DNA of 64,000 bases from Rhynchopus sp. YZ270_cl-10 (Eukaryota): contig OZ037837.1 of NCBI GenBank assembly GCA_964035575.1, forward strand, positions 620,001 to 684,000. The letters are read 5' to 3'. The notes under the pieces are model-generated. The model saw nothing but the letters and a program-made list of their open reading frames with translations, was not told where the DNA came from and searched no databases. Position numbers and translations under genes: made by a program. Positions 36,832-47,544 of the stretch are shown here, piece by piece; the first letter of the stretch is position 1; each line of letters opens with the position of its first letter.

Positions 36832-39216
36832 CTAGTTACGCGGTGGGTTCGTCGCTCCGTGTTCCAGGAGAACCTGCACCACACCTGCATGTGGTTTCTG
36901 CCTCGCATGCTGCAACGCAGTGTGGCCCTCTCTCGTCCTGTGATTCACATCCACCTCAGGCAAGCCCACAAGATAGCGCACAGTCTCTGTGTGTCCATGA
37001 GTAGCAGCAAGTGTAAGGCATGTATGTCCTTTGTTGTCTGTGACACACACTTTTGCACCTGCTTCGACCAACATCTTCACAATTGTGAACGTGCCTGAAC
37101 AGCAAGCACTGTGAAGAGGGGAACGTCTGTTCTCGTCTTGTGTCTCGATGTCTGCCCCTGCATCAACGAGCACCTGCACCACATCTGCATGCTTCTCTAA
37201 CACTGCGCAGTGCAGTGACGTAGTGGCCATGTCATTTGCATGATTCACATCCACCTCAGGCATGCACAGAAGAGTACGCACAGCTTCGGTATGTCCACCA
37301 GCAGCCGCAAGGGCAAGACATGTGTCACCTCCTTCGTCAGTTACGCACACTCCCGCACCTGCTTTGACCAACATCTTCACAATGTCCAGTGACCCTAGCC
37401 TGCTGGCCACGAGCAGAGGCGAACATTCGTCCACGTCCTTTGTCTCGATGTCGGCACCTGCATCAATAAGCACCTCGACCACATCTGCATGCTTTTCCTC
37501 AGCTGTCAGGAGCAGAGCAGTGTGTCCGTGAGCCATGCGATTCACGTCCACCTCAGGCAAGCCCACAAGATAGCGCACAGTCTCGGTGTGTCCATCAATT
37601 GCCGCAAGAGCAAGACACGTGTCTCCCGCATCGTCAGTGGCAGACACTCGCGCACCTGCTTTGACCAACATCTTCACAGTGTCCAGTGCCCCTTTCTTGC
37701 TGGCCACGAGCAGAAGCGAACATCCGTCCTTGTCCTTCACCTCGGTGTCTGCACCTGCATCAATCAGCACCTTAGCCACAGCTGCATCATTTTCATCAGC
37801 TGAGAGCAGAGCAGTGTAGCCGTCAGCATTTTTGTGATGCACGTCCACCTCTGGCAAGCCCACAAGATAGCGCACAATCTCGATGTGTTCACATAGGGCC
37901 GCAAAGGTAAGACATGTGTCTCCTTCGTCATCTGTAGCACGCACGCCCGCACCTGCTTCGACCAACATCTTCACAGCTGCGAGTGATCCTAAACAACAAG
38001 GGTAGTGCAGAGGAGAACGTCCCGAGTCGTCCTTTGTCTCGATGTCTGCCCCTGCATCAATCAGCACCCGACACACTGCAGGGTCCGCCCACATGGTTGG
38101 ACAGGGTCGGACATCAACCTTCTGCCCGTGTGGGACAAACGCGACGTTGCTGCAGACTGACTTCCAATGCTGCAAGAGGACCTCCTTGCACGCAGTGCGG
38201 TCTGGGCGAATGCACTCACTCAGCAGGATCCCAAAGCCGTTCGTTCGGTCAACGTAGTGGGGAAGAAGCAGTGTCAGACATTCATCGTGGTTCCCTCTGC
38301 TTGCCTCGTGCACAGCATCGAAGACAATATTATTTCTGTCTGCGTGTGAACTGAGTTTCTCAAGTCCCACCCGTACGGCAGTCGTGTCGCCGTTCCTCGC
38401 AGCCTCCACCAAGGCGAAGTGGAGCACGTCCTCTGCCCCTGCAAGCGCCGCACGCAGCACAAGAGCTGCCTCCTCATCAACAGGCTTGCCCACAGCACCG
38501 CCAGAAAGAAGTGCCTTCACACAGGTAAGGTGATGCCCAGCAACAGCAGCATCCAGCGCAGTCATCCCATCAACACAGTGTTCGCAGTCTGCACCCTTCG
38601 CAACAAGAAACTGCACCACATCCGTATCGCCACGGCACGCTGCAATGTACAGCGGACGTGCACAGCTCGCGTCATTCTCACTGTGCACCTCCAGCCCTGC
38701 CCCAGACGCGACGAGCAGCTCTGCACCCTCAAGATCCCCAAGGTGTGCAGCCACACACAACGGCTTGATGCGCCTCCCATTCAGGTCCAGCTTGTGTTCC
38801 TTCAGCAGCATCGCAAGCACCTCCACTCGCTTCAGGTGCAGACAGGTCAGCAGGAGCTCGTCCACATCGACTTCCAAGCAGACACGGGTATTGTCCGAGC
38901 ATGACTTCCAATGCTGCAAGAGGACCTCCGTGCACGCAGTGTGGTCTGCGTGGATGCACTCACTCAGCAAGATCCCAAAGCCGTTCGTTCGGTCAACGTA
39001 GTGGGGAAGAAGCCGTGCGAGGCATTCACCTTCGTTCCCTCTGCATGCCTCGTGCACAGCATCGAAGGAAACCGTTATTTTGTCTGCATCTGGGCTGAGC
39101 TTCTCAAGTCCCGTCCGCACGGCAGCAGTGTCGCCGTTCCTCGCAGCCTCATCTGCAGAAATCTTTCTTCTCTTTGCCTTCTCGTCAGGTGTGCTGTCTG
39201 CGTGTCGCTTCGACAT
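36832..39216 (-). CDS. Ankyrin-repeat protein (794 aa), member 5, with duplicated N-terminal block
   Basis: EAARNGDT...VLLQHWKS occurs twice, separated by a distinct ANK segment (KPLCVAAHLG, RPLYIAACRG, TALDAAVAG). Confidence 0.9.
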   Translation of the reverse strand: MSKRHADSTPDEKAKRRKISADEAARNGDTAAVRTGLEKLSPDADKITVSFDAVHEACRGNEGECLARLLPHYVDRTNGFGILLSECIHADHTACTEVLLQHWKSCSDNTRVCLEVDVDELLLTCLHLKRVEVLAMLLKEHKLDLNGRRIKPLCVAAHLGDLEGAELLVASGAGLEVHSENDASCARPLYIAACRGDTDVVQFLVAKGADCEHCVDGMTALDAAVAGHHLTCVKALLSGGAVGKPVDEEAALVLRAALAGAEDVLHFALVEAARNGDTTAVRVGLEKLSSHADRNNIVFDAVHEASRGNHDECLTLLLPHYVDRTNGFGILLSECIRPDRTACKEVLLQHWKSVCSNVAFVPHGQKVDVRPCPTMWADPAVCRVLIDAGADIETKDDSGRSPLHYPCCLGSLAAVKMLVEAGAGVRATDDEGDTCLTFAALCEHIEIVRYLVGLPEVDVHHKNADGYTALLSADENDAAVAKVLIDAGADTEVKDKDGCSLLLVASKKGALDTVKMLVKAGARVSATDDAGDTCLALAAIDGHTETVRYLVGLPEVDVNRMAHGHTALLLTAEEKHADVVEVLIDAGADIETKDVDECSPLLVASRLGSLDIVKMLVKAGAGVCVTDEGGDTCLALAAAGGHTEAVRTLLCMPEVDVNHANDMATTSLHCAVLEKHADVVQVLVDAGADIETQDENRRSPLHSACCSGTFTIVKMLVEAGAKVCVTDNKGHTCLTLAATHGHTETVRYLVGLPEVDVNHRTREGHTALQHARQKPHAGVVQVLLEHGATNPPRN

Positions 39217-39544
39217 GGTTTTTGAAGATGTTGATATTCAATGTTGTGTCTTTTATGCTGTTTCGAGGTTGTGAGGTGAGTGGTACGTTAAATTGCATCC
39301 GGAGGCCCTTTTGTTGCACTTCGGTTTACCTGAGCCTCCCCAAACAGTGTAAAAAGGCTGTAGTGGGAAACATGGACAGGCGTTTCCATAGTGGCAAGAC
39401 ACTCCCAAAAAGGAGAGAAACGGCACCGCAGACATCACAGATATTCACACAAAGTAGGGGGAAGCGTTAAATAATAATAGAAGAATAAATGAGTACCCAA
39501 TGAAATTTAACGTCACACTGGGGTGTCAGGTGTACGTACTACTC

Positions 39545-39750
39545 TGAAATTGAAACCGCACCCTACTTTTCCTTTTTATGTTTTCCACCCACCCCCGCAA
39601 ACAATAATGCAATAAAAACAATAAAGACAAAAGGGAGAGGTTGTGGTGAAACGCACACAGACACGCCGTCTACTCCCGGATTAGAAAAATGGAAAAAGGA
39701 TGGGAGTAGGGTACGGTGTTCAATTTCCTTTTAGCATTGCATGTAATCAT
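39545..39750. repeat. Interspersed repeat; copies or fragments at ~195-260 (reverse), ~27183-27240, ~44249-44470, ~63770-63830
   Basis: aattgaaaccgcaccctacttttc...cccacccccgcaaacaata and ggtgttcaatttccttttagcatt recur. Confidence 0.7.
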
Positions 39751-40138
39751 ACAACAAAATTCACAAACCAGTAAAAATCAGAAAAAAATTCGAAATTCGC
39801 AGTTCCGATTTTTGCTATTTTTTTTTTTTGTGATTTATTGCGATTCGCATTTCGGGTTCTGCGAATTTAGTTCCAGAAAAGTACCCGTTTTTTGTTTTTT
39901 TGCGTAAATACCATTGTGGAGCACCGTCGGGTGCCACAACCAAGTTTTCAAACAACCCCATAAACCCCATCAGCATTGAGCTCCCAACCAATTGGATCCC
40001 TTTTCTCTCAGAAAGCGGGAGCAGCTTTTCACCGTTGCAAGTACCCCAATCAAAAATGCGTTCAAGGCGGGCCCAACCCCTCGGGTCAGCTTGGTCTGAG
40101 ATTATTTAGTTGCCGACAACCGCCAGGGACAATATGCA

Positions 40139-41670
40139 TCATTGCACAACGACTTCCCCACCGTGCTTGAGGAGAACCTGCTCCACACCTGCATGTCTAT
40201 TCAGTCTCGCATGCGCCAACGCAGTGTGGCCCCAATTATTTCCGTGATTCACGTCCACCTCCTTCAAGCCCACAAGATAGCGCACAGTCTCGGTGTGTCC
40301 ATTACGTGCCGCAAGAGCAAGACACCTGTCTCCATCGCTGTCCGTGGCACACACGTCGGCACGTGCTTCAAGCAACATCCTCACAATTTCGCATTCCCCA
40401 ACCCCACAAGCATAGTGAAGAGGTGTACAGCCCATCCCATCACTCTTCGCCTCGACGTCTGCCCCTGCATTAACAAGCACCTCCACCGCATCTGACTGCT
40501 TCCGGAACACTGCGAGGTGCAGTGCAGTGAAGCCGCTGTTAGTTGACTGATTCACATCCACCTCAGGCAAACACAAAAGATAGCGCACAGTCTCGATGTG
40601 TCCATCAATTGCCGCAACCATAAGACATGTGGCTCCTTTGTTGTCTGTGGCACTCACATCCACACCTGCTTTGACCAACATCTTCACAATATCTAGCGAC
40701 CCTTCCTTGCTGGCCACGAGCAGAGACGCGTATCCGTTCTCGTCCTTTGCCTCGATGTCTGCACCTGCATCAATAAGAGCCTCCACCATATTGGGGTAAT
40801 CTTCTTGACCTGCCCAGTGCAACGCAGTGAAGTTATTCACTACGTGATTCACGTCCACCTCAGGCAAGCCCACAAGATAGCGCACAGTCTCGGTGTGTCC
40901 ATGAGAAGCCGCAAGGGTAAGACATGTGTCTTCTGTGTGAAGTGTAACACTCATGTTGGCACCTGCTTTGACCAGCATCTTCACAGTGTCGAGTGACCCA
41001 TCCTTGCTGGCCAAGAGCAGAGGTGAATATCCCTGCTTGTCTTTTGCCTCGATGTCTGCACCTGCATCAATAAGAGCCTCCACCATATTGGAGTAATCTT
41101 CTTGACCTGCCCAGTGCAACGCAGTCCAGTCATCACCTACGTGATTCACGTCCACATCAGGCAAGCCCACAAGATAGCGCACAGTCTCGGTGTGTCCATG
41201 AGAAGCCGCAATGGTAAGACATGAATACCCTTTGTTGTCTGTAACGCTCACGTCCGCACCTGCTTTGACCAACATCTTCACAGTCTCGGTGTGTCCATCA
41301 TATGCCGCAAGGGTAAGACAAACGCGACGTTGCTGCACACTGACTTCCAATGCTGCAAGAGGACCTCCTTGCACGCAGCGTGGTCTGCGTGGACACACTC
41401 ACTCAGCAAGATCCCAAACCCCATCTGCGTTGTCTCAACATGCGGAAGAAGCAGTGCCAGGCATTCATCGTGGTTCCCTCTGCATGCCTCGTGCACAGCA
41501 TCAAAGGAAACCGTTTTGCTGTCTGTGTCTGGGCTGAGCTTCTCAAGCCCCGCCCGCACGGCAGCAGTGTCGCCATTCCTGGCAGCCTCCACCAAGACCT
41601 CGTCTGCAGAAATCTTTCTTCTCTTTGGTGCCTTCTCGTCAGGTGTGCTCTCTGCGTGTCGCTTCGACAT
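40139..41670 (-). pseudogene. Frameshifted ankyrin gene, member 6
   Basis: N-terminal ORF 41670-41278 and C-terminal ORF 41398-40139 are in different frames; junction SNVAFV|CLTLAA at ~41318 is an out-of-frame deletion relative to member 3. Confidence 0.85.
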
Positions 41671-42685
41671 GGTTTGTGAAGATGTTGATATTCAATGTTG
41701 TCTATTATGCTGTTTCTGTTTGTGGAGGTTGTGAGGTGAGTGGTGGGTGTCCCTGAAATGTCTTCCCACCCCCTGACAAGCACACGCCACAGTGGAAACA
41801 AACCCACCTGCCGCCACCTCACGGCGACCCTCAGGGGAAGACATAAGAGCAGGAACATGTTTCTACAATAGGGGCAGGGCGGTGGTGGGGAAAGACTTCA
41901 GTATTAATCAGGGGAGGGAGTGTGCTCTTGTGAGGCGTTGTACCTGTCTGTGTCGTCTTAGGTGGAAAATCACTACTTTTTTCTTCTTTTTTTGAAAACT
42001 TGGTTGTATTAGTGTAGCCACCTTAGAGTGTGCTCCACTAAAATTTTTTTAGAGCAAACACTTAGTAAAGGGAGGCGGGGAGCTCATTGAGCTCAATGCC
42101 AGCCAAAAAGCAGATGCACGGATTGCGCAACGTAATGTGCAAAGAAACGTGAAGTTGATAGTGCAAACGGAAGAGAAAAGAGAAAAAAAGTTTATAAGAT
42201 TTGTATTGTCCCTTTGTCAAAATCTCTCTGTTTTGTCTTTTGTCTATTTTTTCCTGCATTTCTTATTCTCTTCTTTGTACTTCCTTTTGTTTTGCTTGTT
42301 GTTAGATACGCTCAATCGCCTTACGAGTGCTGTGAATGACACAGAACTCCTTTTCATAGAAAACAGTAGCATATGTGATACCGAGAGAAAAAAGGTGTAG
42401 TTGAGAAAAACAAACCACGGACGCGCTGTGTGAAAACGAGTGCTTGCGCGTGACATTTAGTGGGGAGAGAATAAAATGAACATCCTGAAAAAAAGCTAGT
42501 TGCAACCCCACTACGCGTTTCCGCTGCGCTCTCTCTACGTTTCCACTCCATCCTGTTTTCTCTTACTTACAAAAAAAAACGAAGTAAAGGTATTCACAAC
42601 CACGCCAGCGACGACACAAGGTGGACAGGGTCGCATGAAGCACAATACACTTTTAGTGTCTTGTTGTGTCGACGCTCTTTTTTTG

Positions 42686-44047
42686 TCACGAAAGCACTTC
42701 CGCACCATGCTCGAGGAGAACCTGCACCACGTCCACGTGCCCTTTCTGCCTCGCGTAGTATAGTGCAGTGTGGCCGGACGTACCTCGGTGATTCACTTCC
42801 ATCTCAGGCAGGCCCACAAGATAGCGTACGATATCAGTGTGGCCCTGGAACGATGCAGTGAACAGACATGTCTGTCCGCTGCTGTCTGTGGTACGCACGT
42901 CTGTACCTGCGCTGACCAACATCTTCACAATGTCAAGTCCCCAGCCCCGTTCACTAGCCTTGTGCAGAGGCGACCTCCCAAAGTTGTCCTTTGTCTCGAT
43001 GTCTGCCCCTGCATCAATGAGCACCTGCACCACATCTGGATGGTTGTCACTGACTGCACGATGCAACGCACTGTGGCCGGACCTACCTCGGCGGTCCACG
43101 TGCACCTCTGGCATGCACAGAAGAGTACGCACGATTTCAGTGTGTCCACAGCTTGACGCACGCATAAGACACGTGTGTCCCTGTCTGTCTCCTTGCATCA
43201 CTGCACCTGCTCTGAGTAACGTCTCCACCACGCCAAGCTCGCCGCTTTCGCACGCCCAGTGCAGAGGCGACTTCCCAAAGGCAGTCTTTGCCTCAATGTT
43301 TGCCCCTGCATCAATAAGCACCTGCACTATGCCCGCATCCTTTTCTGCAGCGAGGTGCAACGCAGTGTATTGATCGAGACTATGCCTGTAACGCACATCC
43401 ACCTGTGGCAAGCCCACAAGATAGCGCACGGTCTCAGTGTTCCCGCTGCCTGAAGAAGCAAGCATAAGACACGTGAGCCGCCCGTGGTCTATGGCACGCA
43501 CTCTCGCACCTGCTTTGACCAACATCTTCACCACCGCAAGCTCACCACTCTTGCAGGCATAGTGCAGAGGCGTACGTCCCATGTCTCCCTTTGTCTCGAT
43601 GTCTGCCCCTGCACCAATGAGCACCTCACACACTGCAGGGTCCGACCACATGGCTGGCCAGTCACCTTTTTGGCCCTTGGACCGAAGTGGAACAAACGCG
43701 ACGTTGCTGCAGACTGACTTCCAATGCTGCAAGAGGACCTCCGTGCACGCAGTGTGGTCTGCGTGGACACACTCACTCAGCAAGATCCCAAACCCCATCT
43801 GCGTTGTCTCAACATACGGAAGAAGCAGTGTCAGGCATTCATCGTGGTTCCCTCTGCATGCCTCGTGCACAGCATCGAAGGTGACTGTTTTGCTGTCTGT
43901 GTCTGGGCTGAGCTTCTCAAGTCCCGCCCGCACGGCAGCAGTGTCGCCGTTCCTCGCAGCCTCCACCAAGACCTCGTCTGCAGAAGGCTGTCTTCTCTTT
44001 GCCTTCTCGCTCAGTGTGCTGTCTGCGTGTTGCTCCTCCTTCGACAT
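42686..44047 (-). CDS. Ankyrin-repeat protein (453 aa), member 7
   Basis: Start placed at MSKEEQ; tandem paralogue of member 8. Confidence 0.9.
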   Translation of the reverse strand: MSKEEQHADSTLSEKAKRRQPSADEVLVEAARNGDTAAVRAGLEKLSPDTDSKTVTFDAVHEACRGNHDECLTLLLPYVETTQMGFGILLSECVHADHTACTEVLLQHWKSVCSNVAFVPLRSKGQKGDWPAMWSDPAVCEVLIGAGADIETKGDMGRTPLHYACKSGELAVVKMLVKAGARVRAIDHGRLTCLMLASSGSGNTETVRYLVGLPQVDVRYRHSLDQYTALHLAAEKDAGIVQVLIDAGANIEAKTAFGKSPLHWACESGELGVVETLLRAGAVMQGDRQGHTCLMRASSCGHTEIVRTLLCMPEVHVDRRGRSGHSALHRAVSDNHPDVVQVLIDAGADIETKDNFGRSPLHKASERGWGLDIVKMLVSAGTDVRTTDSSGQTCLFTASFQGHTDIVRYLVGLPEMEVNHRGTSGHTALYYARQKGHVDVVQVLLEHGAEVLS

Positions 44048-44711
44048 GGTTTTGAAGGTGTCGATATTCAATGTTGTGTTCTGTATGCTGCTTTCCTTTG
44101 TGGAGGTTGTGAGGTGAGTGGTGGTGTCCCTCAACTGCTTCTGAGTACCGACCCTCATAAGACACGTAGAGTAATGATGTGCAGTAGGACAACACCTAGA
44201 CGGCAACCTTTGGTAGCTGCAGAAGTGCACTCAGTTTGGATGAAGCCAGAAATTGAAACCGCACCCTACTTTTCTTTCCCCCACCCCCACAAACAATAAA
44301 GCAATAAAAACAATAAAGACAAAAGGGAGAGGTTGTGGTGAAACGCACACACCTCGACCTGTCGGTGAAATGTGGCTCTACTCCAACCCGCCCCGGATTA
44401 GAACAAATGGAAAAAGGATGGGAGTAGGGTACGGTGTTCAATTTCCTTTTAGCATTGCATGTAATCATAAAAAACAAAACAACGGACGCGCTGTGTAAAA
44501 ACGAGTGTTTGCGCGCGAGATTTGTGGGGGGGAATAAAACATTAGCATTCCCACTATCGTTTCCGCTGCGCTCTCTCTACGTTTCCACTCCATTCGGTTG
44601 TCTTTTACTTACAAAAAAATGAAATGAAGGTTTTCACAACCACGCCGCGAGCAGGGTCGCATGAAGCACAATACACTTTTAGTGTCTTGTTGTGTCGACG
44701 CTCTTTTTTTG

Positions 44712-46073
44712 TCACGAAAGCACTTCCGCACCATGCTCGAGGAGAACCTGCACCACGTCTACATGCCCTTTCTGCCTCGCGTAGTATAGTGCAGTGTGGC
44801 CGGACGTACCTCGGTGATTCACTTCCACCTCAGGCAGGCCCACAAGATAGCGTACGATATCAGTGTGGCCCTGGAATGATGCAGTGAAAAGACATGTGTG
44901 TCCGTCGCTGTTTATGGCACGCACGTCTGCACCTGCGCTGACCAACATCTTCACAATGTCAAGCCCCCCACTCCCACTTGCCTTATGCAGAGACGACCGA
45001 TCCAGTCTGGTCTTTGCCTCGATGTCTGCCCCTGCATCAATGAGCACCTGCACCACATCTGCATGCTTCTTAGTCGCTGCGTGGTGCAACGCAGTGCGGC
45101 CGTTGTAGTCTGGTTGGTCCAATTGCACCTCTGGCATGCACAGAAGAGTACGCACGATTTCAGTGTGTCCACAGATTGACGCAAGCATAAGACATGTGTT
45201 ACCCTTTGTGTCTGTGGATTGCACCCCAGCACCTGCTCTGAGTAATGTCTCCACCACGCCAAGCTCGCCGCTGAAGCACGCCCAGTACAGAGGCGACTTC
45301 TCCAAGGCTGTCTTTGCCTCAATGTCTGCCCCTGCATCAATGAGCACCTGCACTATAGCTGCATCCTTTCGTACGGCGATGTGCAACGCACTGCAACGAT
45401 CGAGACTATGCCTGTAACGCACATCCACCTGTGGCAAACCCACAAGATAGCGCACCGTCTCAGTGTTCCCACTGCCTGAAGAAGCAAGCATAAGACACGT
45501 GAGCCACCCGTGGTCTGTGGCACGCACTCTCGCACCTGCTTTGACCAACATCTTCACAACTGCTAGCTCACCACTCTCGCAGGCATAGTGCAGAGGCGTA
45601 CGTCCCATGTCTCCCTTTGTCTCGATGTCTGCCCCTGCACCAATGAGCACCTCACACACTGCAGGGTCCGACCACATGGCTGGCCAGTCACCTTTTTGGC
45701 CCTTGGACCGAAGTGGGACAAACGCGACGTTGCTGCAGACTGACTTCCAATGCTGCAAGAGGACCTCCGTGCACGCAGTGTGGTCTGCGTGGATGCACTC
45801 ACTCAGCAAGATCCCAAACCCCATCTGCGTTGTCTCAACATACGGAAGAAGCAGTGTCAGGCATTCATCGTGGTTCCCTCTGCATGCCTCGTGCACAGCA
45901 TCAAAGGTAACTGTTTTGCTGTCTGCATCTGGGCTGAGCTTCTCAAGCCCCGCCCGCACGGCAGCAGTGTCGCCGTTCCTCGCAGCCTCCACCAAGACCT
46001 CGTCTGCAGAAGGCTGTCTTCTCTTTGCCTTCTCGCTTAGTGTGCTGTCTGCGTGTTGCTCCTCCTTCGACAT
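44712..46073 (-). CDS. Ankyrin-repeat protein (453 aa), member 8
   Basis: Start placed at MSKEEQ; 5' flank shared with member 2, 3' flank shared with member 7. Confidence 0.9.
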   Translation of the reverse strand: MSKEEQHADSTLSEKAKRRQPSADEVLVEAARNGDTAAVRAGLEKLSPDADSKTVTFDAVHEACRGNHDECLTLLLPYVETTQMGFGILLSECIHADHTACTEVLLQHWKSVCSNVAFVPLRSKGQKGDWPAMWSDPAVCEVLIGAGADIETKGDMGRTPLHYACESGELAVVKMLVKAGARVRATDHGWLTCLMLASSGSGNTETVRYLVGLPQVDVRYRHSLDRCSALHIAVRKDAAIVQVLIDAGADIEAKTALEKSPLYWACFSGELGVVETLLRAGAGVQSTDTKGNTCLMLASICGHTEIVRTLLCMPEVQLDQPDYNGRTALHHAATKKHADVVQVLIDAGADIEAKTRLDRSSLHKASGSGGLDIVKMLVSAGADVRAINSDGHTCLFTASFQGHTDIVRYLVGLPEVEVNHRGTSGHTALYYARQKGHVDVVQVLLEHGAEVLS

Positions 46074-46667
46074 GGTTTTTTGAAGTCCCTGCTGAGAGCT
46101 TCTGTGAAGGGGTAGGGTATCTGAGTAACAATGGAGTGTAAAGCACGGCAACAAACAAAAAAGATCACTCAAGAGGGCCATTAAGGGGAGCACTGTTTTC
46201 TCTTCTCTCATTCTTGTTCTTTTTACAGCTTCGTTGTGTAATGGTGCACCCGAAGAGGGGTGCACTCTTTTGTTGAAACATCTCTTTTTTGGAGGCTTTT
46301 TTTTTGTAGTTACAAAACCCTGCGGAGAGACACAGGCAAGAGGAAAGTGCATTTGGACAACTCTCGTCTCATAAGCAAACCACTAAACCGCGTAAAAGAA
46401 GCACACACACACACAACACACATTGGTACAATATTCTGCTCAAGAATTAGCTATTAATTGTCAAACACATAAATTTCAACCCCGTCTTCATTTCCTTAGT
46501 GTGGGAAAGCTGAGCCCTTTCAGCTCAGAGGCGAGATAAGTTATCTCCAGACCTAAGGTGAACACAGGGAAGAGGAAACTTTTTTTAAAAAAAATATGTA
46601 AAGATAGTCACAGAGTATCTCCCTCTGCAGCCGGATAAGGAAGAAGCAAATCATGCAATATTTTTCA

Positions 46668-46718
46668 AAGCAAAAGTCGTAACAAGGTTGCTGTAGGTGA
46701 ACCTGCAGCAGGATCATT
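46668..46718 (+). rRNA. Isolated SSU (18S) rRNA 3'-terminal fragment (pseudogenic)
   Basis: AAGCAAAAGTCGTAACAAGGTTGCTGTAGGTGAACCTGCAGCAGGATCATT; no recognisable SSU body upstream. Confidence 0.85.
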
Positions 46719-46835
46719 CCCAAAGTCGGCTCTGTGTTTACACAGACTGATAATGGTCATTAGTAAGGCAAAGAATTTTCCCAAAGCTCCGAGCTTTTGG
46801 CGTCCCTGTTAGTAGCGCTGTCTACTGCAGGCGAC

Positions 46836-46993
46836 AACAACTGCACTTATCGGTGGATGTCTTGGCTCTGGGATCGATGAAGACCGCAGCTAGACGCGAT
46901 ATTCAATAAAAAAATACAGAAGCATGAGACTCATCAGGTCGTTGAACGCATTTGCGGGCCGGGTTCGGCCGTGCCCAGCAGCTGTTGAGTGTC
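46836..46993 (+). rRNA. 5.8S rRNA-like sequence (diverged), partial second copy at ~47015-47105
   Basis: CGGTGGATGTCTTGGCTC..GATCGATGAAGACCGCAGC...TTGAACGCA...GTTGAGTGTC, ~120 bp after the SSU end; no LSU follows. Confidence 0.75.
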
Positions 46994-47544
46994 GCTTATA
47001 ACTTCTAGTACTATGATATTCAATGAAAAATGAAGAAGCAAGAGACTCATCAGGTCGCCGAATCGAACGCATTTGCAGGGCCGGGATGGAGACCGCAGCT
47101 GGACACATCTCTCTCTCTCTCTCTTGGCCATCGTTCACCACCCCTCTGCACCCCCTCTGCACTGCTAAAAAAAGTCGTCCGCAAGATTCCTCTGTTGGGA
47201 GAAAAAACGATAATACCATACAGTGCTTTATGTAGCACACCACGCATACTACAACCTTAGGTAGCTAGAAGCGACTCACTGTTCAGATGAAACCTCTTTT
47301 TTTTTAGTCAGGTACAGACTTAGGGCAACCCTCAGCAGCTTTTATGTTTGTGCGTAAATTGTGTAATATTTTGTGGTGATATATTTATTACTGCAATACA
47401 CTCCGTAACTGAGTACCTGGCCGTGAAGAGGAAACCGCTTGGAGGCCAAAAAAAGATCTTTCAGAGGGTTTAGCTTAAGCCCTCTGATTCCGACCCCAAA
47501 TCAAAACAAACACGATACAGAAAAATGAAAAGGAAAAGGACAGA

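Noticed and set aside
46446..46660. Possible group I intron remnant (cagacctaag ... aagatagtc) before the SSU fragment
   Set aside because: Motifs are short and imperfect; no upstream exon or convincing P-helix pairing
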